Shown: piece after piece, positions 24,428 through 32,000 of the stretch | How the letters are laid out: every line of letters starts with the position of its first letter | Numbering within the stretch: position 1 is the stretch's first letter | Source: Olavius sp. associated proteobacterium Delta 1 | GTDB lineage: Bacteria > Desulfobacterota > Desulfobacteria > Desulfobacterales > JAFDCJ01 | Reading direction: 5' to 3' | Assembly (NCBI GenBank): GCA_902749685.1 | Contig: CACVKW010001110.1 | Coordinates: 1-32,000 of the forward strand | Length of the DNA: 32,000 nt | The notes under the pieces: model-generated | What the model saw: only the letters and a program-made list of their open reading frames with translations | What the model was told of the DNA's origin: nothing | Database searches by the model: none | Translations under genes and position numbers: made by a program

Positions 24428-24677
24428 ATCAGTTTAGTTTATACTATATAGTTTTTTTGCTGCGTGGTGGCAACCGAAAACTGCTTTGAACATATGCCGC
24501 GCTTTTCTGAACGCTTGAGGGGAAAAACGGCACCAGCAGATCTCCATGTACATTCTTCTATCAGCATCGCTAGAATAGGTTTGCGTCCATTCATCTGCCG
24601 GTGATTTTCTGATTTGAGCGAACTGGTTTTTTTAATACCTTTTAGTTAAACCCTAATTGAGCGAAGCCTAATTAGCC

Positions 24678-24809
24678 GGTATTGGGTATTGGCTATCAGG
24701 TATTGGTTTTGTGGTCTGGAGTAATTATTTTCTATGACCCTTTCGGTTGATATATTAAAAATCAAACTCATTCCTTAAAACCAATACCCAGTGTCTGATA
24801 CCGAATACC
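24678..24809. repeat. 132-bp element bounded by 33-nt imperfect inverted heptamer arms (GGTATTG-type), MITE-like shape
   Basis: Arms 24678-24710 and 24777-24809 are 25/33 complementary overall. The inner 12 bp are perfect (GGTATTGGTTTT/AAAACCAATACC). The core is 66 nt. Confidence 0.55.
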
Positions 24810-24836
24810 CCTCAATTGAGATTCACTCAATTGAGG
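24810..24836. other. perfect 11-bp hairpin CCTCAATTGAG-ATTCA-CTCAATTGAGG
   Basis: Direct reading. It abuts the 24678-24809 element. Confidence 0.6.
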
Positions 24837-24908
24837 TTAGAGCTAAAAAGCCGGAAACCATCCGCCTAGGACCCCGGTCGGGCCCCAGACGGATTTTTGA
24901 ATGCAGTT

Positions 24909-25406
24909 TTAGCGCTGTCTGCGCATGAGCATCCGGGCCTCATCCCGGGTGATGGTCCCATCTTCAATTCCTTTTTCAATCAGCTTGCTCATGAGCTCGC
25001 GCCGTTTGATGCGATTATCTATTTTTAAGAGAATCTCTTTTTCCTGCTCCGGCGTAATGCTTCCGTCGGCAACCGCCTGTTTAATTCGCTCTCTCACTTT
25101 AGCCTGCATCGCGTTGCCAAATGCCTGACGGTTAATGCTCATCTCCTGCATTACAATCCCCATGCGCTGATCTTTGAGTTTGAGCTGAATGGCTTCTACC
25201 GATTGCCCCGTCATCTCTGAAAGTACTTGAACCCTCAAGTTTTTTTGCTGGTATCCGGCCAACAGCTGCAAGCTGCCGCCTTTTTGGTGTTGTTTATATC
25301 CGAGACCTTTGCGGTGGCCTGTTCGCTGGGTGTCGGCGAATGCCAGTCCGGAAAAAATGATACAGACTACCAGAACGCAACTGATGGTGATGTGTTTCTT
25401 TTTCAT
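24909..25406 (-). CDS. small secreted helical protein (Spy/CpxP-like in position, family uncertain)
   Basis: The signal peptide ends AFA/D. The mature part is K/E/Q/R-rich and helical, with repeated ITPEQ and ITRDE segments. AGGAGG SD is present. It is divergent from the two-component and RND operon. Confidence 0.6.
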   Translation of the reverse strand: MKKKHITISCVLVVCIIFSGLAFADTQRTGHRKGLGYKQHQKGGSLQLLAGYQQKNLRVQVLSEMTGQSVEAIQLKLKDQRMGIVMQEMSINRQAFGNAMQAKVRERIKQAVADGSITPEQEKEILLKIDNRIKRRELMSKLIEKGIEDGTITRDEARMLMRRQR

Positions 25407-25542
25407 GGCAACCTCCTTAAAGTTTGGTTTTACGTGATTTTTGCACGAGTCCTCCAGAGGCGGATAAATCGGAGGCTTTCATATGTAAGACGCACACTTT
25501 AATTTGTAAGATGCAGATGTGTGATCCCGCACAGCGGGGGCA

Positions 25543-25583
25543 ATTAAGGGCGAGGGCATAGTGCACCATGCCGAGCCCTTAAT
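25543..25583. other. two-tier stem-loop in the divergent regulatory region
   Basis: ATTAAGGGC (25543-25551) pairs with GCCCTTAAT (25575-25583). GGCAT (25555-25559) pairs with ATGCC (25568-25572). Confidence 0.5.
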
Positions 25584-25645
25584 AATCCGCCTCCGGCGGA
25601 CCGGTGAAAGCCTCCGTGACCTCTGTATCTAAGTTAACAGTTAAT

Positions 25646-25685
25646 TGTGGAGGAAATATGAAGAAAAAGTGTAGAGATTATAGAG
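25646..25685 (+). promoter_or_regulatory. heptad block A: TGTGGAG-N4-TATGAAG-N6-TGTAGAG-N2-TATAGAG
   Basis: Start-to-start spacing is 11/13/9 nt, the same as block B 125 bp downstream. It is a candidate OmpR-type response-regulator site array. Confidence 0.35.
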
Positions 25686-25770
25686 ATTATGGCATAAGTA
25701 TTCTTAACCGGCCGCTTATGCTGCCAATTAAAAATGTAACTGATTTTTTTGGTGCATCCTGGCAATCAAT

Positions 25771-25810
25771 TGTGGAGAAAATGTGAAGAACTGATGTGAA
25801 GGTTGTGAAG
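25771..25810 (+). promoter_or_regulatory. heptad block B: TGTGGAG-N4-TGTGAAG-N6-TGTGAAG-N2-TGTGAAG
   Basis: Four TGTGRAG copies lie 80-120 bp upstream of the kinase ATG. The first pair has the 11-bp period typical of OmpR/PhoB boxes. Confidence 0.4.
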
Positions 25811-25890
25811 CAAGCGGTATACAATTGAAATTCATCGTAAACTATATTAATAGATGGTAAGCAATACAGAAAGTGTAATTTGAAAAACCG

Positions 25891-27348
25891 ATGAGATTCA
25901 AACTTTCGTATAAAATTTTTGCAACCCTAACTTTAACATCCCTTCTGGTCGTGGCCCTTATGGGCGGGCTGATAAGGTTTTATGTTGCCCGCAATTTTGC
26001 GGATTACGTCAATCGATCGCTGCTGGAGAGATACGGCAGGGTGGCGGACGCTCTGGCCGCCGAATATAAAACTCACAGGAGCTGGCAGGAACTCAAGGAT
26101 GATCCGGGACGCTGGCCGGAAATTTTGCATACCAGCCTGCGGCGAAAAGATTTTGAACCTGGCGATCGCCCTCCGCGACCTCCCGTTATAGAAAACAAGG
26201 GATCCAGCGGTCGTGCGCAAAACCGGACTTCTCCGAAGCCTTCCAGGCGGGTTCAGCGATTGGCCCGCAGGCTGGCGTTTTTTGATGCCGATAAGCAGCA
26301 TATTACCGGCGGGCGCTCCCGGGATGCACATGGCGGATATACCCTGCAGGCGATTGCCGTCGATGGTCAAACAGTTGGCTGGTTAGGCCTTCACAAAAGA
26401 GAGCACCTGGCCAACCCCCTGGCGGTTGGATTCTTAAGCCAGCAATCGCAGATGCTGTATTTTATCGGCGGCGGTATTTTGCTGCTGGCCGCTGTGGTGG
26501 CGTTTCTTCTGTCGAAACACCTTTTGGCGCCTGTCGACAAGCTCATGGCCGGAACCCAGGCATTAATGTCGCGTCGGTTTGATACCCGTATCGAGGTTGA
26601 GTCGAAGGATGAATTGGGGCAGCTGGCCGCCGATTTTAATTCCATGGCGCAAACTCTGGAAAGTTATGAGCATATGCGCCAGCAATGGATATCTGATATT
26701 GCACATGAACTCAGGACGCCCCTGTCGATTCTGCGTGGCGAGATCGAGGCCCTGAAAGACGGGGTCAGGCAAGTCAACCGCGATTCCCTTAATTCACTGT
26801 TGGCGGAGGCCAGGCACCTGGGCAAAATCGTAAACGATCTTCACGAACTTTCGCTTGCCGACACCGGAGCGCTCTCAATTAAAAAAGCTCCGGTCGATCC
26901 TGCGGCGATTTTAAAGGAGACCCTTGGCCATTTCAGACAAGGATTCGCTGAAAATCAGATTACGATTGAAAATAACTTGGAAAATGACCCCCCCATCACC
27001 GTCATCGGCGATGCCGACCGCCTGCAGCAGCTTTTTTCAAACCTGGTGGAAAACACCCTGCATTATGCGGATGCTCCCGGCATATTGAAGATCGGGCAGA
27101 CGTGCACCGCAAACCGATTGATTTTGTTTTTCGAGGATTCCGGGCCCGGTGTGCCGGAAGGCGCGTTGGACCGCCTATTTGATCGGTTGTACCGGGTGGA
27201 TCGGTCGAGAAGCCGTGCCCAGGGCGGCAGCGGGCTGGGCCTGAGTATCTGCAAGAGCATCGTAAACGCCCTCGGCGGAGAAATTCGGGCCACCAACGGT
27301 AGTTTGGGCGGGCTTCGAATCGAGGTTGAACTTCCACATACTGGATAA
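25891..27348 (+). CDS. sensor histidine kinase (two TM segments, HAMP, HisKA, HATPase_c)
   Basis: Carries H-box SDIAHELRTPLS, N-box LVENTLHYA, G1 FEDSGPGV and G2 GGSGLGLSI. Confidence 0.9.
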   Translation: MRFKLSYKIFATLTLTSLLVVALMGGLIRFYVARNFADYVNRSLLERYGRVADALAAEYKTHRSWQELKDDPGRWPEILHTSLRRKDFEPGDRPPRPPVIENKGSSGRAQNRTSPKPSRRVQRLARRLAFFDADKQHITGGRSRDAHGGYTLQAIAVDGQTVGWLGLHKREHLANPLAVGFLSQQSQMLYFIGGGILLLAAVVAFLLSKHLLAPVDKLMAGTQALMSRRFDTRIEVESKDELGQLAADFNSMAQTLESYEHMRQQWISDIAHELRTPLSILRGEIEALKDGVRQVNRDSLNSLLAEARHLGKIVNDLHELSLADTGALSIKKAPVDPAAILKETLGHFRQGFAENQITIENNLENDPPITVIGDADRLQQLFSNLVENTLHYADAPGILKIGQTCTANRLILFFEDSGPGVPEGALDRLFDRLYRVDRSRSRAQGGSGLGLSICKSIVNALGGEIRATNGSLGGLRIEVELPHTG

Positions 27349-27360
27349 AAATATAAGACC

Positions 27361-28050
27361 ATGACCAGCAGACACATTCTTGTTGTCGAAGACGAGGAGA
27401 AAATCGCCAGCTTGCTTTGCGACTATCTGAAAGAGGCCGGCTTTCGGACATCTACCCAGAACAACGGTGACCGCGTTCTTGCTCAGATCAAAAAAGACCC
27501 GTTGGATTTGATTTTACTGGATATCATGCTGCCGGGGAAGAATGGGATTGAATTATGTCGGGAGATCCGGCAGTTTTCCAATATTCCCATCATCATGATC
27601 ACCGCCCGGGTGGAAGAAATCGACCGGCTGCTGGGTCTGGAACTCGGCGCGGACGATTATATCTGCAAACCGTTCAGCCCCCGGGAAGTGGTTGCCCGGG
27701 TCAAAGCGATTTTCAGAAGAATGCATGCCGAACCACTAACACACAATCTGGTTATCGGTTCGATATCACTGGATGATAAAACCCATCAGGTGATGATCGA
27801 TAAGCAGGTATTAAACCTGACGCCCAACGAATTTGGGCTGTTAAAGATCATGATGCGCCGGCCCAACCGTGTATTTTCCAGAAGTGAACTAATCAACCGG
27901 GTTCAGGGATATGATTTTGAAGGCTATGACCGCACCATTGACAGCCACATAAAAAATTTGCGCAAAAAGATTGCTCAGAAGCTCCCCGGCCAGGAAATCA
28001 TCACTACGGTTTACGGCGTTGGGTACAAATTCAGCGCTTCGTCTGACTAA
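27361..28050 (+). CDS. OmpR/PhoB-family response regulator
   Basis: The receiver domain carries ILVVEDE, LILLDIMLPG and GADDYICKPF. The winged-helix C-terminus carries LTPNEFGLL...VYGVGYKF. Confidence 0.9.
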   Translation: MTSRHILVVEDEEKIASLLCDYLKEAGFRTSTQNNGDRVLAQIKKDPLDLILLDIMLPGKNGIELCREIRQFSNIPIIMITARVEEIDRLLGLELGADDYICKPFSPREVVARVKAIFRRMHAEPLTHNLVIGSISLDDKTHQVMIDKQVLNLTPNEFGLLKIMMRRPNRVFSRSELINRVQGYDFEGYDRTIDSHIKNLRKKIAQKLPGQEIITTVYGVGYKFSASSD

Positions 28051-28153
28051 TCCAAAGGGGAACTAAGGGCCTATACACGTATCACTGGAGCTTCAGTAAT
28101 TGAACAGCAGAAATCAATCTTTTGATTCATGAAAACGGGAAGGTTATTTTGCC

Positions 28154-29368
28154 ATGAAATCGGGCGGCCCCAAAATTTTTTTTCTGACGATTCTTCTGGC
28201 TGGAGCGGCTGCGGGTTTGGGCTGGTTAATTTTCGGTGAACTGCAGGATCGAGCAGGCTCGAGCAAAAGCGCTAAGACTTTGCGACCGGTGCCGGTAGAA
28301 GTGGCTCAGATTAAGCGCGGGCCGATCGCTTTACAGCGGATATTCAGCGGGGAGTTGCATGCCCTGGCTGAGTTTGTTGTTGCGCCGAAAGTAAGCGGCC
28401 GGGTGGAGCGTGTGATCGTTAATATCGCCGATACGGTAAAGCGGGGGCAGGTCGTGGCCGAGCTGGACAATGACGAATATGTCCAGGCTGTGGCCCAGGC
28501 CCAGGCCGATCTGGAAGTCGCCAGGGCCAACCGGTCCCAGGCCAAAAGCGCCCTGGAAATCGCTAATCGCGAGTTTAAACGCACCGAGTCACTTTTAAAG
28601 CGCGGGATCGCATCCGATTCTGAATTCGATGCCGTGAGGCAGGATCGACTGGCCAAGCAAGCTCAACTTAAAGTCGGCGCGGCCCAGGTGACGAAGGCCG
28701 AATCCTCGCTGGAAACCGCGAATATCCGGCGCGGCTATACCCAGGTCACAGCGGGCTGGACCGGTGGCGCCGAGCATCGCGTTGTCGCCGAGCGATATGT
28801 GAACGAAGGCCAGACCGTAGCCGCCAACGCGCCGCTGCTCTTAATCGTCGATCTAAATCCCATCGTCGGGGTGATTTTCGTAACAGAGAGAGACTATGCT
28901 CACCTGAAACCCGGGCAGCTCGTTTCGCTGACAACCGACGCCTATCCCGGCGAAAACTATCCGGGCCGCATCGCTCGCATCGCCCCCATCTTCCGCAAGT
29001 CCACCCGACAGGCGCGGATCGAAATGACCATCGACAATCCGCAGCATCGACTCAAACCCGGTATGTTCATCAGCGCCACAGTGGTATTAGCCCGGGTGCC
29101 TGAGGCGATCATCGTTCCCGAACAGGCGTTGACCATCCGTGATGACCGGAGCGGTGTTTTCATCGTCAGTGAGGATGGACAATCGGTCGCCTGGCACGAG
29201 GTAAAAGTGGGCATTCGCGAAGGCGACCGGGTGCAGGTGGAAGGCGAGGGGCTTTCCGGTCAGGTTGTGACCCTAGGACAGCAACTGGTAAAGAACGGCT
29301 CTGCGATCACGATTCCTGACGTGCAGAGCCAAACCGCTGACGGCCGCAAACAGAGGAACACCCAATGA
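28154..29368 (+). CDS. RND efflux membrane-fusion (periplasmic adaptor) protein
   Basis: N-terminal TM anchor, then the coiled-coil hairpin QAQADLEVARANRSQAKSALEIANREFKRTESLLKRG, then beta-barrel and lipoyl-like segments. Confidence 0.9.
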   Translation: MKSGGPKIFFLTILLAGAAAGLGWLIFGELQDRAGSSKSAKTLRPVPVEVAQIKRGPIALQRIFSGELHALAEFVVAPKVSGRVERVIVNIADTVKRGQVVAELDNDEYVQAVAQAQADLEVARANRSQAKSALEIANREFKRTESLLKRGIASDSEFDAVRQDRLAKQAQLKVGAAQVTKAESSLETANIRRGYTQVTAGWTGGAEHRVVAERYVNEGQTVAANAPLLLIVDLNPIVGVIFVTERDYAHLKPGQLVSLTTDAYPGENYPGRIARIAPIFRKSTRQARIEMTIDNPQHRLKPGMFISATVVLARVPEAIIVPEQALTIRDDRSGVFIVSEDGQSVAWHEVKVGIREGDRVQVEGEGLSGQVVTLGQQLVKNGSAITIPDVQSQTADGRKQRNTQ

Positions 29369-32000
29369 ATCTGCCGAGCTTCAGTGTTAAGCGCCCGGTT
29401 TTCACGACCATGGTGACCCTGATCGTGGTCATCCTGGGAGCCGTCTCTTTAAGCCGGCTGCAGATCGACATGCTGCCCAACATCGAACTGCCGACGCTGA
29501 GCATCCGAACAGATTACGAAGGTGCCAGTCCCGAGGTTATGGAGCGGCTGGTGACTCAAATTATTGAAGAGATCGTGGCCACGGTGCCCGGAGTTGAGGA
29601 AATTACGTCATCATCCTCAGAGGGCCGCAGCCGGGTGCGTGTCAGTTTCGTGTGGGGTACGGAAATCGACATGGCGGCGATTGACGTGCAGGGCAAACTC
29701 GAAGACGAGATCAACGAGTTGCCGGATGATATCGTCAGGCCCCGCGTCCGAAAATTTGACATCGCCAGTTTTCCGGTGGTGCTTTTGGGTATCTCCAGCA
29801 ACCTCGATCCCGTGGAACTCACGGAACTGATTGAAGTCCAGATCCGTTACCGCTTTGCCCGCGTTCCGGGTGTGGCCCAGGTTGACGTTTGGGGAGGCTT
29901 CAACCGCGAGGTCCGGATCGAACTGGACCCTGATCGGATCAAGGCCGTGGGTCTGCCGCTGGACCGGGTGCTCGATGCGATTCGCGACGCCAACCTCGAT
30001 CTTCCGGCGGGCAAAATCGAACAGGGACGTTATGAGGTCACGCTGCGCGCACCGGCCGAATTTATCAACCTCGATCAGATTCGAGAGACCGTCATCGTCC
30101 AGCGTGACGGTGCCGCCGTAACCCTGGGTCAAATTGCCGAGGTCAAAGACACCTACGAGAAGCTGACGCGCATCGTACGCGTTAACGGTGGGCGCGGACT
30201 GCGCGTGGCGATTCGTAAGCAGGCCAATGCCAATACGGTCGAAGTGTCTAAACGTATCCTGGCTGAAATTGAAGCGGTCAACCTGGCCTTCCCTCAAATC
30301 AACATTGTTCCGGTCATCAACCAGGGCAATTTCATCGAACGGTCAATCGCCAACGTTGCCCGCTCGGTACTATACGGGGGCGGGCTGGCAATCGTGGTGT
30401 TGCTGTTTTTCCTGCGCAACATCCGCAGCACGCTGGTGATTTCCCTGTCGATCCCGATCTCAATCGTGACCACTTTTGCGTTAATATTCTTCGGGGGATT
30501 CACGCTCAACCTGATGACCCTGGGCGGGCTGGCCCTGGGGGTGGGCATGATGGTCGACAGTTCTATCGTCGTGCTCGAAAACATCTTCCGCCGCCGCAGT
30601 GAGAATGGCGAAGCGCCGGAGGAAGCAGCGGTGGAAGGTGCCCGGGAGGTCGGGTCGGCAATCATCGCCAGCACTATAACCACGCTGGTAATTTTTCTGC
30701 CGTTGATATTCGTGCGCGGCGTCTCGGGCATCCTCTTTAAGGAACTGGCGTACGTGATCATCTTTTCCCTGATCTGTTCGCTGATCGTGGCGCTGAGCCT
30801 GGTGCCCATGCTGGCGTCCAGACTCCTGACGTCAAGCCAACAGCGGCCCATGGGACCGGCGTCTCGAACGAAGCGCTGGGCCGCCGCCGCCAATTCCGTC
30901 TTTGCGAGTCTCGAAAACACTTACCTGGATTTGTTGCGATGGGTTCTGGGCCATCGCCTGGTCACCGTCTTTGCAGCTGCTGCAGTGCTCGGCGCCAGTC
31001 TGCTGCTTTTGCCCCTGATCGGCAGTGAATTTCTGCCCCCCAGTGATGAGGGCGAGGTTCGTGTAAGTGGTAAGATGGAAATCGGTACCCGGCTCGAGCT
31101 GGTCGATCGGCAGACACGCATAATCGAGCGGATCGTTCAACCGGCCGTGCCCGAGGCAGTGGCGTCGGTCGTCAGTGTCGGCGCCTCCGGTTGGCGGGCC
31201 AGCGCGGGCTCAGAGGGTGAAATACGCATGTCTCTGCTGCCGGCCGCCCGGCGCGAACGCTCCAATGTGGCAATCGCCCAAGACCTGCGGCGCCGTTTGG
31301 ACGGCAGTGTGCCCGGTATGGAGGTCCGTGTCCGGGCACCGCAGGGTCAGTTCTTACTTGAACGACTCCTGGGCGGTGACGAGGGGTTGACCATCGAGAT
31401 TCGCGGCTACGAGCTTGCCACGCTCGACGCTCTGGCCGGGAGCGTTGCGAAGCTGATTGTGGATGTGCCGGGTATCACGGACGTTCGGACCAGTCTCGAA
31501 GCCGGCATACCCCAGCAGGAGATCCGCGTGAACCGTGACAAGGTCGCCGATCTCGGTCTGAGCGTTCGCGACGTCACCCAACTCCTGCAAACCGCGGTGG
31601 CCGGTTCCAAAGCCGGCGAGTACCGAACGGGGGGCAATTCCTATCGCATTCAGGTTCAGCTCAAGGATGCCGAGAAACGCTCCTTAAACGAGATTCTCAA
31701 CCTCACGCTGACAACTGTATCCGGTGAAAAGGTGGCGCTGCGCAATCTCGTCACTACCGAAGCAAGCCGCGGTCCGATTTTGATCGACCGCAAAGACCAG
31801 CAGCGCAGGGTGACGATCCGCGCCAACGTCGCGGGGCGCGATCTGGGTTCCGTGGCCCTTGACGTGCAGGCTCTGTTGGATCAGATTCCACGTCCGGTCG
31901 GCTATGACCTGATGGTTGCCGGTAATTTCGAAGAACAGCAAAAGGCTTTCAGGGAGTTGGTCATCTCGCTCGTGCTGGCGCTGGTCCTTGTATATATGGT
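29365..32000 (+). CDS. RND (AcrB/MdtB-type) inner-membrane efflux permease, 3' end outside window
   Basis: It is not in the supplied ORF track because the frame stays open to the window edge. Hand translation from ATG 29365 (ATGA overlap with the adaptor stop) gives MNLPSFSVKRPVFTTMVTLIVVILGAVSLSRLQIDMLPNIELPTLSI... and ...GGLALGVGMMVDSSIVVLENI... No stop was seen through 32000. Confidence 0.92.
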   Translation, partial: MNLPSFSVKRPVFTTMVTLIVVILGAVSLSRLQIDMLPNIELPTLSIRTDYEGASPEVMERLVTQIIEEIVATVPGVEEITSSSSEGRSRVRVSFVWGTEIDMAAIDVQGKLEDEINELPDDIVRPRVRKFDIASFPVVLLGISSNLDPVELTELIEVQIRYRFARVPGVAQVDVWGGFNREVRIELDPDRIKAVGLPLDRVLDAIRDANLDLPAGKIEQGRYEVTLRAPAEFINLDQIRETVIVQRDGAAVTLGQIAEVKDTYEKLTRIVRVNGGRGLRVAIRKQANANTVEVSKRILAEIEAVNLAFPQINIVPVINQGNFIERSIANVARSVLYGGGLAIVVLLFFLRNIRSTLVISLSIPISIVTTFALIFFGGFTLNLMTLGGLALGVGMMVDSSIVVLENIFRRRSENGEAPEEAAVEGAREVGSAIIASTITTLVIFLPLIFVRGVSGILFKELAYVIIFSLICSLIVALSLVPMLASRLLTSSQQRPMGPASRTKRWAAAANSVFASLENTYLDLLRWVLGHRLVTVFAAAAVLGASLLLLPLIGSEFLPPSDEGEVRVSGKMEIGTRLELVDRQTRIIERIVQPAVPEAVASVVSVGASGWRASAGSEGEIRMSLLPAARRERSNVAIAQDLRRRLDGSVPGMEVRVRAPQGQFLLERLLGGDEGLTIEIRGYELATLDALAGSVAKLIVDVPGITDVRTSLEAGIPQQEIRVNRDKVADLGLSVRDVTQLLQTAVAGSKAGEYRTGGNSYRIQVQLKDAEKRSLNEILNLTLTTVSGEKVALRNLVTTEASRGPILIDRKDQQRRVTIRANVAGRDLGSVALDVQALLDQIPRPVGYDLMVAGNFEEQQKAFRELVISLVLALVLVYM

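Noticed and set aside
24862-24892. 13-bp (with G-U pairs) hairpin downstream of the small secreted-protein gene, as an intrinsic terminator
   Set aside because: The U-run follows the hairpin on the plus strand (ATTTTTG), not on the minus strand that carries the gene. On the gene strand the 3' flank is AUGGUUUCC. Its function as the gene's terminator is therefore doubtful.
25604-25786. 60-aa ORF-track model in the kinase upstream region
   Set aside because: The long form starts at a non-ATG codon with no SD. Only the internal 42-codon version has a GGAGG SD, and that version is kept as a speculative finding.
29617-30920. Two minus-strand ORFs of 226 and 208 aa
   Set aside because: They lie antisense within the RND permease frame, which reads as a textbook AcrB/MdtB-type sequence from 29365. 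They are shadow ORFs typical of GC-rich coding DNA.

Overview
About 50% GC bacterial window with 25 supportable protein genes and no rRNA, tRNA, CRISPR or recognisable transposase. Gene content suggests an anaerobic aromatic-compound degrader, possibly of sulfate-reducer or deltaproteobacterial type; that is an inference. All calls rest on hand reading of motifs, since no BLAST or HMM search could be run.

Layout:
(1) 250-3073 (-): a DUF1611 gene, an enolase-superfamily epimerase gene and a small membrane protein gene.
(2) 3406-11949 (-): an operon divergent from a LysR regulator gene (12577-13536). It encodes a split PEP-synthase-like kinase (620-aa mobile-His subunit plus 356-aa ATP-binding subunit), one UbiD-family (de)carboxylase, an AMP-forming aryl-type CoA ligase, a UPF0261 (Tm-1-like) protein and UbiX. 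This resembles anaerobic phenol-type activation and carboxylation, but several canonical subunits are absent from the window.
(3) 13533-22376: an accessory stretch. It holds an HD-domain gene remnant, a vWA-OmpA protein, two more UPF0261 paralogues, TesB, a flavodoxin/2x[4Fe-4S] fusion, a possible lipoprotein, a flavin-reductase-like protein and an archaeal-type riboflavin kinase.
(4) 22643-32000: an envelope efflux module. It holds a TolC/NodT-type lipoprotein, a small secreted helical protein, a histidine kinase, an OmpR-type regulator, a membrane-fusion protein and an RND pump. The RND gene is missing from the ORF track because its frame stays open to the window edge.

The most unusual non-coding signal is a set of tandem arrays with a strict 7-nt period. 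Each array uses a different heptamer word. They fill at least ten intergenic gaps, often as complementary arms. One array is a telomere-like (CCCTAAA/CCCTATA)n run that places a G3N4 G-quadruplex motif on the mRNA-sense strand inside the aromatic operon. Repeat coordinates were indexed by hand and may be off by 1-2 nt.
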